64,000 nucleotides of DNA from an uncultured Gemmatimonadales bacterium (lineage in GTDB: Bacteria; Gemmatimonadota; Gemmatimonadetes; Gemmatimonadales; GWC2-71-9), in the NCBI GenBank assembly GCA_963730185.1, contig CAVSQW010000007.1:64001-128000 (forward strand), written 5' to 3'. Positions 18,923-31,423 of the stretch are shown here, one piece after another. The stretch's first letter is position 1. Every line of letters begins with the position of its first letter. Under the pieces are notes generated by a model, which made no database searches, was not told where the DNA came from, and saw only the letters and a program-made list of their open reading frames with translations. The position numbers were made by a program, and so were the translations under genes.

Positions 18923-21490
18923 ATCTCTGGTCAAGTCGTCAGCGGCCTGGAGCACCTTCCCCCGCAACCGGGGCGGGTAATCGGGGTGCGCCGCCAGCCA
19001 GTCCCGGACGATCCGGGCCGCCTCGGCGGACCGGTGCCCCGAGAGCGTCGCGCTGACCCAGCCTAACGGGAAGAAGATGTCGCCGGTGGCCTTGACCTGC
19101 TCCAGCAGGTCGAGCGCCGGGGCGATCTCGTGGATCGCGGTGCGGGCTCGGAGCGGATGGTTGAGGTAGCCTAACGCCGACAGGACCCAGGGCTCGTGGC
19201 GCCGGTTGGCGGGATCGGCCAGGCTCTGGAACACGGAATCGCGGCGGGCCGAGTCGGCCGAGAGCGACGGACGGACGAACCGGAACCGGGCCAGGCGGTC
19301 CGGGTTGTCGATCCGGGCCTGCTGGGCGTCGAGGATCGAGTCCGCGTTGGGAACGCTCCGGAGCGCCAGCGCTTCCGCGAGCGCGGTGTACTGCCGCTCG
19401 GCCAGGGGTAGCCCCGGCGGGGTCTCCCGCTTGGCCCAGATCCGTTCCAGCCGGGCGACGCTCGCCGGCGTCGTCGCCATCGAGATCAGGGCGTTCAGAT
19501 ACGACTGTTTCCGCCCGGGGCTCCGTTCCCACGCCAGCCCCTGCCAGAGCACGGTCTCGACCGCCCCGGCCACCGAATCGCGCTGGGCGGGATCGAGGAA
19601 GTGCCAGTAGAGGTCGCCCAGCCCGCCCAGCAGCCGGTCGGCGAGCAGGGGGTCGGCCTCGACCGGCAGGGCTCGGAGCGCCAGGCCAACCAGCACCGGG
19701 GCCGGGGTGACGCGGTACCGCACGTCCTCGTCGAGGGTATTCCAGGCGACGGCCCTGAGCACGGGATCCCGGAGCGTCGGCAGCTCCCGAAGCAGGTCGG
19801 TCCGGCTGGCGGAGTCGAGCACGAACCGCCCGTAGCCCAGGCCGTCGGCGCCGGGCAGCACGAAGCGGGGCGAGCCCGCGGCCGCCGGAAGCTCGACGGT
19901 GGCGGCGCTGTCGGCCAGCTTGACCGACGCCACGGCCGTGGAATCGCCGAGGGGGAAGGCCAGGTCGAGCCGCTGGCTCCAGATCAGGTGGCGGCCGGGC
20001 CAGGTGTCGCGCTGGCGGAGCCGGATCGTGCCCGGCCCCGGGCCGCGTGTCACCACGATGGTGGGCCGACCCGGCTCTTCGACCCAGGCATGGCTCCAGG
20101 CGGCCAGATCCTCGGGACTCATCCCGTCGAGGATCGAAATCAGGTCGGTCCAGGTCGCATTGCCGTAGCGATGCCGGTCTAGATACTGCCGGAGGCCCCG
20201 CTGCATCACCTCCGGACCGATCAGCCGCTCCAACTGCCGCATCACGATCGGTGCCTTCTGGTAGATGATCGCGCCGTAGAGCGACGCGGCGTCGTTCAAG
20301 TTGTCCAGCGGCTGCCGGATCGGGTTGGCCCCGGCGGTCCGGTCCACAGCGTACGCCGCCGGGTGATTGGAGAGGTAGAAGCGGAGTCGTGGTTCACCTC
20401 GGGAAGGCCGGTTCCACGATCTTGGCCGCCATGAAATTGGCGAAGACTTCCTTCATCCAGACGTCGTTGAACCAGTTCATCGTGACCAGGTCGCCGAACC
20501 ACATGTGCGCGGTTTCGTGCGCGATCAGGCTGGCCCGGCCAAGCTGCTGGCTCTGGGTGGCGGACGGATCGAGGAAGAGGCCGCCGGCCCGGTACCAGAC
20601 CGCCCCGGGGTGCTCCATGCCGCCGAACTGGAACGAGGGTACCGCGAAGAAATCGAACTTGCCGAAGGGAAACGGGATCCCGGTATAGGCCTCCAACCAG
20701 CGGAGCGCCCCGGCCTCGAGGTCGAAGATGGCGTCGCGGTTCCGCGCCACCTTGGCCGAGTCGGTCTCGCGATGATAGAGGTGGAGCGTGCGTCCGTCGC
20801 GCACCGCCTCCTCGACGAAGAAGCGGCCGGATGCGAACGCGGCCTGATAGGTGCTGAGCGGCTCCGTCTCCCGGAACTGGAGCACGTGCTCGGAGGCGTT
20901 GCTCGAGTCCCGCGACACCAATGCGCCGTTCGCCACCGCCTGCCAGGCGGCGGGGACCGCAGTCGGAGGGTGTAGCGAGCCTTCAGGTTCGGCTGGTCGA
21001 AGCAGGGGAAGGCGGTCGACGCCCGGTCCGGCACGAAGAGCGTGTAGAGGAAGTCGGGCTGGCGGTTGAGGGCCTGATCGGTGGCCTGGAACGCGACCGT
21101 GATGCCGATCGTCCCGGTGTCGGCCGGCGGGGTGACGACGAGATGGTCGGGGACCCGGCGAAACTCGAGCGGCCGGCCGGCGGCGGTGACCGACCGAACG
21201 TTCTCCGCCGGCGCCTTGAAGTCGAGGATGACCGGCCCGGTGTCGCCGCGGCGATCGAACCGGATGGTCACCGTCCCGGTGACGGGCTCCGATTGGGCGG
21301 CGGGGATCTCGAGGTCGAGATCGTAGGCCACGTGTGCCAGGGTCGCGGCCCTCCGATCGGCGAGCTCCCGAGACACGCCGGGGCCGGGTTCGTCCCGCGC
21401 GGCGCTCCGACAGCCGGCGAGCGTGAGGATGACGAGGAACGGGGCGGCGAACCGGAATCGCCGGTCGAGCGACCTGGGCGTGAATGGCAT
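18914..21490 (-). CDS. M1 family aminopeptidase; indels near 20960, 20400 and 20385
   Basis: FPCFDQP, GGMEH, HETAH..WMKE and IIYQKA motifs plus C-terminal helical domain, spread over three listed ORFs; LAGC lipobox-like signal. Confidence 0.88.
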
Positions 21491-21682
21491 GACCCAAGAA
21501 TATCGGCCTCGGGGGGCTCGTCCAGGGCCGTGGCCGGGGCGCCGCCGGCCGGCGAGCGTGGCGGGTCGGCGGCCCCCTCGGTACTATCCGGGCCGCGTCC
21601 GTCGTCCGGGCCGGTCCGACCGCGGTGCTCGCTCGGCGCCGGCCCGCAATGGTCCGCCACGACCCGAAGTGAGGAGGAACGG

Positions 21683-22508
21683 ATGGCCCGAAGCCTCGCC
21701 GGAAAGACTCTGTTCATTACCGGCGCCAGCCGAGGCATCGGCCTGGCCATCGGAGTGCGGGCGGCGCGGGATGGCGCCAACGTCGCCATCGCGGCCAAGA
21801 CCGACCGACCCCACCCCAAGCTTCCCGGCACCATTCACACCGCCGCTGCCGAGATCGAGGCGGCGGGCGGCCGGGCGCTCCCGCTGGTGGTCGACATCCG
21901 GGACGAAGCGATGGTCGACGCGGCGGTGGCGCAAACGGTCGAGACGTTCGGAGGGATCGACATCCTGGTCAACAACGCCTCGCGCCATCAGCCTCACCGG
22001 GACGCTCGAGACCCCGATGAAGCGCTACGACCTGATGCACCAGGTCAACGCGCGGGGCACCTATCTCTGCTCCCAGAAATGCATCCCGGCCCTCCGCCGC
22101 GCGGCCAATCCGCACATCCTCAACCTCTCGCCGCCGCTCAACCTGGAGCCGCGCTGGTTCGCGCCCCACGTGGCCTACACCATGGCCAAGTTCGGGATGA
22201 GCCTCTGCGTGCTGGGCATGCACGAGGAGTTTCGGAAGGACGGGATCGCGGTGAACGCGCTCTGGCCCCGGACCGCGGTGGACACCGAGGCGATCCGGAT
22301 GATTCCCGGGGTCGACCGCCGGCGGTGCCGGCTGCCGTCCATCCTGGCCGATGCCGCGCACGCCATTCTCACCCGGGACGCCCGAACCTTCACGGGCCAG
22401 TATTGCCTCGACGACGAGGTGCTTCGGGAAGAGGGGATCACCGACTTCGCCGGCTATCGTCACCCGGGAGTGAGCGAGGACGAGCTGGTGCGGGATTTCT
22501 TCGTCTGA
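21683..22508 (+). CDS. SDR oxidoreductase (HSDL2/citronellol dehydrogenase-like); frameshift near 21983
   Basis: GAGGAGG SD; TGASRGIG, PHPKLPGTI and NNAS in one frame, YTMAK and NALWP in the next. Confidence 0.88.
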
Positions 22509-22544
22509 GGTGGCGGGGGTGGAGGGCGGGACAGAACCACCGGA

Positions 22545-22568
22545 ATAGTATACGATATAGTATACGAT
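22545..22568. promoter_or_regulatory. Perfect 12-bp tandem repeat upstream of CocE/NonD gene
   Basis: ATAGTATACGAT x2, each containing a GTATAC palindrome, 48 bp before the ATG. Confidence 0.5.
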
Positions 22569-22615
22569 CGGGCCGCCGCGGGGTGGTCCCGAGCAACTCA
22601 ACCTACGAGAACGCC

Positions 22616-24481
22616 ATGTCCATGCGCCTCCTGCCGCGCCGCGCCGGCCCCCTCGCCGCCGGCTTGCTGATCGCTTCCCTCGCCGCGCCGCTCGCCCTGG
22701 CCGCGCAGCAGGGCAACCCGGTGGCGGATCGCTTCGAGGTGAGCGATGTGATGATCCCGATGCGCGACGGGGTCCACCTCCACGCCAAGATCTACACCCC
22801 CAAGGGCCAGGCCGAGTCGCTGCCCTTCATCATGACCCGAACGCCGTACGGGGTGGAGGGCTCCGCCGGCGCCTTCGTCGCCTACCTCAAGGACCTGGCC
22901 GACGAGGGCTACATCTTCGTCTTCGAGGACATCCGGGGTCGCTACGGGTCGGAGGGCACCTTCGTGATGCAGCGGCCGGCCCGCGCCCCGGGCGACACCA
23001 CCGCGATCGACGAGGGCACTGACACCTGGGACACGATCGAGTGGCTCTTGCACCATGTGCCCAAGAACAACGGGCGGGTCGGGATGCTGGGCGTCTCCTA
23101 TTCCGGCTGGACCACGGTGATGGCAACGCTCGAACCCCATCCCGCGCTCCGGGCGGTGTCGCCCCAGGCCTCCCCGGCCGACATGTGGCTGGGCGACGAC
23201 TTCCATCACAACGGCGCGTTCCGGCTGAGCTACGGCTTCGAGTACGCCACCATGATGGAGACCTCGAAGGAGAACGAGAGCTTCTCCTTCGACCGCTACG
23301 ACACCTACGACTGGTACCTGGGCCTGGGCGCGCTCTCCAACGTCAACAAGAAGTACCTCCACGGGAAGATCCCGACCTGGAACGACTACGTGAACCATCC
23401 CGACTACGATGCCTTCTGGCAGCGGCAGACGATGATCCCGTTCATCCGGAGCGTGAAGGTGCCGACGCTCAGCGTGGCGGGGTGGTGGGACCAGGAGGAC
23501 TTCTACGGACCGATCCGGATCTACGAGGCGCTGGAGAAGTTCGACACCGACCACAAGAACTACCTGGTGGTCGGACCGTGGAACCACGGTGGCTGGTCCC
23601 GTGGGTCGGGCGACAAACTGGGCGACATCCCGTTCGGGAGCGCCACCGGTGAGTACTTCCGGGCCAAGATCCAGGCGCCCTGGTTCGCCTACTGGCTCAA
23701 GGACAAGGGGACCTTGAACTTTCCCGAGGCCCAGACGTTCGAGGCCGGATCCAATCAGTGGCAGTCGTGGGACGCATGGCCGCCCAAGTCACGGACCACC
23801 GACAAGAATCTCTACTTCGGGGCCGACGAGAACCTGAGCTTCAGCGGCCCGAAGGCGGCGAGCGGGTTCGATGCCTACCTCTCGGATCCGGCCCATCCGG
23901 TGCCTTACCGGCACCGCCCCATCCAGGCCACCTACTTCCCGCACGGCTCCGACTGGTACACTTGGCTGCTCGAGGACCAGCGGTTCGTCGACGACCGGCC
24001 CGACGTGTTGAGCTGGGAGACCGAGCCGCTCACCCAAGACGTGACCGTCGCTGGCGACGTCACCGCCCACCTCTTCGCCTCGACCACCGGGACCGACGGC
24101 GACTGGATCGTCAAGCTGATCGACGTCTATCCCGAGGCGGACTCGGCGGACTGGCATCTTTCGGGGTGGCAGCTCATGGTCTCGAACGAAGTGTACCGGG
24201 CCAGGTATCGGAAGAGCTTCGAGAAGCCGGTGCCCCTGGTGGCCAATCAGGTGACCCCGCTCACCTGGAGCCTCCACACCCAGGATTACACCTTCAAGAC
24301 GGGGCACCGGATCATGGTGCAGGTCCAGAGCACCTGGTTCCCGATCATCGACCGGAACCCCCAGAAGTTCGTGCCCAACATCTTCAAGGCGACCGACGCC
24401 GACTACCAGAAGGCCACCATCAAGATCTACCGGTCGGCCCGGTACCCCTCGCACGTCACCGTGCCGGTGGTGAATCGCTGA
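22616..24481 (+). CDS. CocE/NonD family hydrolase (alpha-amino acid ester hydrolase-like)
   Basis: Signal peptide; IPMRDGV, RTPY, GVSYSG nucleophile, WDQED and GPWNHG motifs. Confidence 0.93.
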   Translation: MSMRLLPRRAGPLAAGLLIASLAAPLALAAQQGNPVADRFEVSDVMIPMRDGVHLHAKIYTPKGQAESLPFIMTRTPYGVEGSAGAFVAYLKDLADEGYIFVFEDIRGRYGSEGTFVMQRPARAPGDTTAIDEGTDTWDTIEWLLHHVPKNNGRVGMLGVSYSGWTTVMATLEPHPALRAVSPQASPADMWLGDDFHHNGAFRLSYGFEYATMMETSKENESFSFDRYDTYDWYLGLGALSNVNKKYLHGKIPTWNDYVNHPDYDAFWQRQTMIPFIRSVKVPTLSVAGWWDQEDFYGPIRIYEALEKFDTDHKNYLVVGPWNHGGWSRGSGDKLGDIPFGSATGEYFRAKIQAPWFAYWLKDKGTLNFPEAQTFEAGSNQWQSWDAWPPKSRTTDKNLYFGADENLSFSGPKAASGFDAYLSDPAHPVPYRHRPIQATYFPHGSDWYTWLLEDQRFVDDRPDVLSWETEPLTQDVTVAGDVTAHLFASTTGTDGDWIVKLIDVYPEADSADWHLSGWQLMVSNEVYRARYRKSFEKPVPLVANQVTPLTWSLHTQDYTFKTGHRIMVQVQSTWFPIIDRNPQKFVPNIFKATDADYQKATIKIYRSARYPSHVTVPVVNR

Positions 24482-24493
24482 GGCCCGCGGGTC

Positions 24494-27153
24494 TCAGGGG
24501 GCCTTCGCGGCCGTCGTCTCCTGCGCCGCTGGGGCGCTCCAGAAGTCGGGAGCGCCCTTGGCGTTTCGGGACACCTCGCCGCCGAAGAAGACGGCATTGA
24601 AGAGCACGCGGAAGGTGCCCCAGGTCTGGCCCCGCCACTGGGGCCGGAAGCCCAACAGGATCACGTGGCCGGCGCCGTGGTCGACGTCCAGGGCCGCCGC
24701 GTAGCCGTGCAGTCGGTCCGCGCCCAGCAGATAGCCCGACGCCAGCGCGCTGCCCTGGTCGGCGTACTTGGCCAGCGCCGCTCCGTGAAAGCCGGGTCCG
24801 GTGGTGAAGACCGGGCTGTCGTCGACGAACACGAAGGCCCGCTCGGGCATGCCGGCCATGACCGGATGCGACGGGTCGGTGGTGACCTCGAGGATCGATC
24901 CGCTGGCGAAGAAATCCTTCCGGTCCACGCCTGCCACGACGTTCTTGACCGGCAGGTGGAGCTGCTCGATCGCGAAATCGCTGGTGCCGTTCAGGCACAC
25001 CAGGGTGCCGCCCGCCCGGACGAACTCGTCGAGCGCCCGGACCCCCTCCTCGCCGATTCCGCCTTCGTACCGGGGCGGCACCGTGCCCTTGGAGTAGCCG
25101 TCGAGCAGCAGCCCGGTGTAGTCGGCGGCCAGCACCAGGACATCGAGCCGATCCCGGAGCCGGCCGGCCCGGATGGCGGGGTTGGTCACCCGCTGGTACC
25201 GAAAGCCGTACCGGTCGAGCAGCCACTCGGTCCAGCCTTCGTCCATGCTGGGCGCGAACGGGTGGTACACCCCAATCCGCGCTTTGACCGCCGCGCCGGC
25301 CGCCCCGACCCGCTCGGCCTCGATTCCCGCGGCCGTCGCCCAGCCCTCGACCTCGCGCCCGCCGGAAACGAGGTACTTCCCGCCCGCGAACCGGACCGAG
25401 CCGTCCGCCGCCAGGACCCGGTTCACGATCCGGTACGACTCGTTCTCCGACGGGTCGAGCGCCACGGCGGCCCCCCCGCCCGTCACCCGCCCCGGCGCTA
25501 CCGTGATTCCGGCCGCCACCGGGTTGGTGCGAAGATCGGCGGTGGTCGACGAGTCCCAGGGAATCGGGGTGCCGGTCACCGGGACTAGGGCCGAGCGGGT
25601 CGGGTCGTCGAGCGGCGAGCGGACCTCGACCACGTGGACCCCGGTCAGGTAGGGCAGGGTCCACCCGGCCGCGTCGTAGGGCTGGTCCGGGGGGCCGCCC
25701 GGATAGTCGCGAAGGTCGGGATAGTGCTGGACCTCGAGCACCTGCCGGACCAGCGGCGCGAACTCCTGATCCATCGGGATGACCCAGGTGTCGGCCGGGT
25801 ACTCGATCCCGTCGAACGTCGCCGCTGCCTGGAGCCGGTCGACCCGAATCCCGTTGTACGCCAGGCGCCGGAGCAGCTCGACGGCCGCCATCGGGTCCCG
25901 CTGGCGCCGAGGCACGACGTAGGCGTAGGGCGCCTGGTGGCGGTACCGCTCGATGGTCGCCCGGCCGGACCGGTATCGGTTGAGCATCAGCTGGCGACGG
26001 AACTTGGCCGCGTAGTCGAGCGTCGCGAGCGAGGCCGTCTCCATGTACCCCACCGCGTCCTTGAGCCGCCACCAACCGCCGGTCCAGGGGCTCGAATAGA
26101 GCGACTGGGCTCGGAGATCGCGCATCGACCGGGGAAAGTCCTGCAGGGTGTAGAAGTAGGGCGTGGCGTAGCGGTAGAGCGCCGTCTCGGTCCAGTAGGC
26201 CGCGATGTGCTGGAACATCGGCAGGTAGTCGACGTATCCGGGATACCACGCGTCGTAGCCGTCACCCATGTGGGTCGCCCCGGGCTGGCCGTTGGTCTCC
26301 AGCGCCTGGGCCATCAACATCCCGATCGCGTTCACCTCCCGGGCCATGAGTGGCGGAGTCTCGGTCGCGATCGGCTCGGCGAACGGCGGGAGCCAGATTC
26401 GGGTCGGGAAGGGCGACGTCTGGTGTTGGACGTAGATGATTTGGGGCTCCCACGCTCGCCAGGTGTGGGTCACCACCCGCGACTCCGGCACGTTGAGCAT
26501 GTACGCGTCGCGGTTGTTGTCGTGGCCGATGTACTTCTGGTAGAGCTCGTGGAGGGGCGCCGCCTCGTACGGTGTGCCGACGTTCTCGCGGTACCAGTTC
26601 ACGACGATGTCCTGGCCGTCGGGGTTGAGCGACGGCCAGAGCAGAAGGACCACCTGGTCGAGGATGGCGTCGACGGTCGGATCGTCTCGCGACGACACCA
26701 GGTCGTAGGCGAGCTGGATGGTGTGCTGGGCCCCGGCCACCTCGGATGCGTGTAGCCCCCGCTGATGTCCACGAACGCCTTCCCCTCGGCCACCAGCCGG
26801 GTCGCCTCCTCCTCGCCCAGGTCCGCCGGATGGGCGAGCCGCTGGGCGATCTCCCGGTACCGGTCCAGCTTGGCCAGGTTGGCGGGAGACGAGATCAGCG
26901 CCAGGTACCAGGGGCGTCCTTCCGAGGTCCGGCCCACCTGGATCAGCTTCATCCGGTCGGTGGCGGCAGCCAGCTGCTGGAAGTACCGGATCGACTCCTC
27001 GTAGGTCGCCAGCTTGAAGTCCGCGCCAACCGGGAACCCCAGCACGGACTCGGGGCTGGGGAGACTGCGCTGGGCCTCGACCCGGCGCGCGGGGCACAGC
27101 CCGATCGCGGCCAGCGCCGCGAGCGGGACAAAACGGCGACGAAGTGCGAGCAC
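24494..27153 (-). CDS. Secreted M14 zinc carboxypeptidase; frameshift in a G-run at 26756-26760
   Basis: Signal peptide, GRTSEGR, (GG)LHASE, NPDG, DNNRD and QHQ motifs; C-terminal glutamine-amidotransferase-like domain. Confidence 0.88.
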
Positions 27154-27255
27154 TTGGTCCTCGTCGTTGAATCGAAAGGGGTGGCTCCGATGGTCCGTGG
27201 CAATCTAGCCAGCCCGCCGGCCCTGGTCGCGGCTCGCCGCGGCCGGAGCGCCGGC

Positions 27256-27309
27256 TCACCTTGCGCGTTTAGGTGACGGACTCTAGTTTCACCTAAGACA
27301 TTTATGTGA
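27256..27309. promoter_or_regulatory. Two tandem palindromic operators upstream of the PadR gene
   Basis: TCACCT-N9-AGGTGA (27256-27276) and TCACCT-N9-ATGTGA (27289-27309). Confidence 0.6.
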
Positions 27310-27319
27310 GAGCGCGGCC

Positions 27320-27664
27320 ATGCCGAAAACGTCGCCCGTCGAGCTTCTTCAGGGCACGCTCGACTTCCTCATTCTCAAGACCCTCACCTGGGGTCCGATG
27401 CACGGCTTCGAGATCTCCCGCTGGATCCGGAAGACCACCGACCAGGCGCTCGAGATCGAGGAAGGCGCGCTCTATCCCGCCCTCCACCGGATGGAGCGCC
27501 GCGGGTGGCTCGCGGCGGAGTGGGCTCTGACCGAGAACAACCGGCGGGGTAAGTACTACTCGCTCACCCGCGCCGGGCGCGAGCAGCTCCGGCTCCAGGA
27601 GGCCGGGTGGCAGCGTTACGTCGCGGTGGTCGGCAAGATCGTCGCGGCGGGCAAGGACGCCTGA
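27320..27664 (+). CDS. PadR-family transcriptional regulator (acidobacterial type)
   Basis: LLQGTLDFLIL, HGFEI, GALYPALHR and ENNRRGKYYSLT motifs; adjacent to an ADOP permease. Confidence 0.95.
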   Translation: MPKTSPVELLQGTLDFLILKTLTWGPMHGFEISRWIRKTTDQALEIEEGALYPALHRMERRGWLAAEWALTENNRRGKYYSLTRAGREQLRLQEAGWQRYVAVVGKIVAAGKDA

Positions 27665-30374
27665 GTGGGCCGGCGCCTGCGACGACTGTTTCGACTGGCC
27701 AGCGGCCGGTCGACCTCGGCGGAGGATCTCGACGAGGAGCTCCGGCTCCACCTCGATCTTCGGGTGGCCGAGCTGGTGGAGGAGGGGTGGAGCGAGGAGG
27801 ACGCCCGGACCGAAGCGCTGCGCCGGTTCGGCGACCTGGACCGTCATCGGCGGACGACCGCCACCGATCGATCGCGGAAGGGACGGCGACGTGCGACGCT
27901 CCGAGTGGTGGGACGAGTTCCGACAGGATCTCCGCTTTGCGCTCCGAACCCTCCGGCGCCAGCCGGGCTTTTCGGCGATCGCGGTCCTGACCTTGGCCTT
28001 CGGGATCGGCGCGACGACCGCCATCCTGAGCATCGTGAACGGGGTCCTGCTCCGTCCCTTGCCCTATCCCAACGGCGACCGGGTGGTGCAGGTCTGGGAG
28101 ACGGGGAAGCCCGGCACGCCGGGCGACGGGTCCGTGGGCCCGTTCAGCGGCGCCGACTTCGTCGACCTCCGGGCTCAGAGCTCCACCTTAGAGCGGTTGG
28201 CGGCGTTCCGGAACTGGAACTACACCCTGGCGGCCGGTGGCGAGGCCGATCTGCTGGCCGGCGCCCGGGTGTCTCCCGGATTCTTCGAAGCGCTCGGCGT
28301 CCAGGCCCGGCTGGGTCGGACCTTCAGTCCGGCGGACGAACAGGTCGGCGGCGAGTCGGCCGCCATCCTGGGCGACGGGCTCTGGCGCCGCCGGTTCGGC
28401 GCCGATCCGGGGGTCGTTGGGCGTCCGATCACGCTCGACGGCCGGCAGTTCACGGTGGTCGGCGTGATGCCGCGCGGGTTCCAGTTTCCGCGCGGGGCCG
28501 AGCTGCCGGCCGGCTTTCAATTCGCCGCCCGGACCGAGATCTGGACGCCGCTGGTCGTGACCCCGGGCGAGATGCAGCTGCGGTACGTTCACAATCTGGC
28601 CGTGCTCGGCCTGCCCCGGCCGGGCGTGACGCCCTCGGCGCTCGCCGCCGACCTCGACCTGGTCATGGGGCGGGTGGCGGAGCTCAACCCGCGGACCAAC
28701 ACCAATGCCACGGCGCGGGCGGCATCGATGCGGGAGCAGGCGGTCTCGGGAGTGAGGCCCGCCCTATTGGTGCTGCTCGGGGCGGTCGGGTTCCTCCTCC
28801 TCATCGCCTGTGTGAACGTTTCGAACCTGCTGCTGACGCGTACGGCCGCGCGCTACCGCGAGGTCGCGGTCCGGTCGGCGCTGGGCGCGGGGCGGCGCCG
28901 GCTGCTCCGTCAGTTCGTCACCGAGAACTTGATGCTTGCGCTGGCGGGCGGGCTGCTCGGCCTGGTGGTCGCGGTGGTGGGGAAGGGAGCGCTGCTGGCC
29001 GTGGCGCCGGCCAGCCTGCCACGTCTCGACGAGGTCGCGATCGACTGGCGGGTGTTGGGCGGCGTGTTCGCCGTGGTCGTGCTGGTGGGGCTCGCGTTTG
29101 GCGGCCTGGTCGTCTCCGAGGCGATCCAGGGCGATCAGGTCGAGAGCCTTCGCGAGGGATCGAAGGGCAGCGGCGGTCGGTCCCGGCGTCGATTGCGGTC
29201 GGGACTGGTGGTTCTCGAAGTGGCGGTCTCGGTGGTGCTCCTGGCGGGGGCGGGCGCCCTGGGCCGGACCTTCGTCAACCTCCGCCGGGTGGCCCCGGGC
29301 ATCCGAACCGATCACGTGCTCACCGCTCAGATCTCGCTGCCCCGGCTCACCAGCGACTTTCGGCAGTTTCCTCGGCTGGCGCCGGGTTGGGCCCGGTTCT
29401 ACCGTCAGTTCACCGATGCCCTGGCGCAGCGTCCCGGAATTCGGTCGGCCGGGGTCGTGACCTCGCTCCCCTTGAGCGGGGCCTGGGAGTCGTCCGGGTT
29501 CCAGGTCGTCGGGCGCCCGCCGCTGCCTGCCGGCGAAAGCCGGGAAGCGGTCTACGCCGGCGTGTCCGAGGGCTACTTCGACGCTCTGGGCATTCCGCTG
29601 GTGCGGGGTCGTCTGTTCTCGGCGGTGGATCGGGACTCGGCCGCGTCGGTGGCCCTGATCAGCGAGTCGATGGCCCGGACCTACTGGCCGAACGAGGACC
29701 CGGTCGGGGCACGGATCGAGGCCTTCTTCGGGCGGCCGCTCGAGATCGTTGGGGTGGTGGGCGACGTGAGAACGCGTGACCTCGGCGCCGTCCCGGCCCC
29801 GACGATGTACTTTCCGCTCTCCCTCTATCCGGCGCCGACCATGCGGCTGGTGGTTCGGTCCTCCGGCGATCCGCTGGGTCAGGTGGCCGCCGTCCGAAGC
29901 GCCCTTCGAGCGATCGATCCGACGGTACCGCTCACTGAGATCCGGCCCATGGACGAGGTGCTGGCCGAGTCGGTGGCGCAGCAGCGGTTCAGCGCCCTGC
30001 TGATGGGCGGGTTCGCCCTGGCCGCGCTCGGGCTGGCCGTGCTCGGCCTCTATGGCGTGATCAGCTTCGGGGTGGCGCGTCGCGGCCGCGAGATCGGCGT
30101 TCGTTTGGCCCTGGGCGCCGAGCCGCGTCAGGTCGTGGGGATGGTGGTGCGGGAGGGGATTGCGATGGCCCTGATCGGGGTGGCTTTGGGCCTGGTCGGA
30201 GCGGTGGCGCTGGGGCGGCTGCTGAGCAGCCTGGTCTATCAGGTCAGTCCGTCCGACCCGCTCACACTCGCCGGGGTGTGTGTCTCGCTGTTGTTGGTTG
30301 CGGTCCTGGCCTCCCTGGTTCCGGCCCGGCGGGCCATGCTGGTCGATCCGGTGACGGCCTTTCGCGAGGAGTAG
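27665..30374 (+). CDS. ADOP-family duplicated MacB/FtsX permease; frameshift near 27866
   Basis: Prefix domain DEELRLHL..ALRRFG; QDLRFALR, LLIACVNV, REVAVRSALGA and REIGVRLALGA motifs. Confidence 0.92.
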
Positions 30375-30489
30375 GATCCCGCGTTTGCCTCGGGGGCCCC
30401 ACCGTCCCCAAGTTTCGCGGACCATGGCCCATCCCGAGCAGGAACGAGCGGGGGTCGACATCAGTCGGCCCCGGCGCCGGACTCCGGCG

Positions 30490-31368
30490 ATGCGAGACGC
30501 CTTGGGAGCGCTGCTCCTGGGGCTGACGGCGGCCGCCGCGGGCCCCCTCCACGCCCAGTCCGAGCTCGATCGGGCCCCCTCCCGGTTCGCGATCTACGAC
30601 GGCGCCCGGATCCACTACAAGAACTTCGGGATCGGCCGAACGGCCGTGGTCTTCGTGCCGGGCTGGATTTCCGACGTGACCGTCTGGCGCTACCAGGTCG
30701 AGGCGCTCTCCGCTCGCACCCGCCTGGTGGTGCTCGATCTCCCCGGTCAGGGTCGGAGCGGCCTGCCGAGCGGCCCCTACTCGATGGACCGCCTGGCCGG
30801 GGCGGTCAAGGCGGTGCTCGACGCCGCCGGCATCAGCCGGGCGGTGCTGGTCGGGCACAGCCTCGGGGTGCCGGTGATTCGGCAGTTCTACCGGCGGTAT
30901 CCCGACCGCGTGGCCGCGATGGTGGCCGTCGACGGAGCCCTCGAGGCACCTTCCCTCGACAGCGCGTCGGTGGCCCGCGCCGTGGCGCCGTTCGAAGGCG
31001 GAGGGTACCGGGCATCGGTGGAGCGGATGGTGGGCTCCATGTACCCGGACGACCTCGAGGCCGGGCTCAGGCAGATGATTCTGGGGCCGGCCCGGGCGAC
31101 GCCGCCGGCGGTGGCGGTGGCCGCGATGCGGGCGATGTACGACCCGGCGATCTGGCGGAACGATCCGATCGCGGTGCCTCTCTTGGTGGTGACAGCCAAG
31201 AAAACGGGCTGGCCGCCGTCCACTCGGGCCCTGGTCCAGCGGCTGGCTCCCGGCGCTCGCTATGAGGAGATGGACGGGGTGTCCCACTACCTGATGTTGG
31301 AGAGTCCGGACGCCTTCAACTCGATCCTGACCACCTTTCTGGACTCCGTCGGCGTATTCCGGTCGTGA
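30490..31368 (+). CDS. Secreted alpha/beta hydrolase
   Basis: Signal peptide, DLPGQGRS, GHSLG nucleophile elbow, C-terminal His. Confidence 0.88.
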   Translation: MRDALGALLLGLTAAAAGPLHAQSELDRAPSRFAIYDGARIHYKNFGIGRTAVVFVPGWISDVTVWRYQVEALSARTRLVVLDLPGQGRSGLPSGPYSMDRLAGAVKAVLDAAGISRAVLVGHSLGVPVIRQFYRRYPDRVAAMVAVDGALEAPSLDSASVARAVAPFEGGGYRASVERMVGSMYPDDLEAGLRQMILGPARATPPAVAVAAMRAMYDPAIWRNDPIAVPLLVVTAKKTGWPPSTRALVQRLAPGARYEEMDGVSHYLMLESPDAFNSILTTFLDSVGVFRS

Positions 31369-31423
31369 CGGGCGGGAACGCTTCTTGCCCCCTCGATGAG
31401 GGCATGGCGTACCTCGCAGCGCG

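Noticed and set aside
20921..24481. 1186-aa ORF appearing to fuse an SDR to a CocE/NonD hydrolase
   Set aside because: Artefact of the frameshift near 21983. The SDR ends at 22508 in another frame and CocE has its own signal peptide at 22616.
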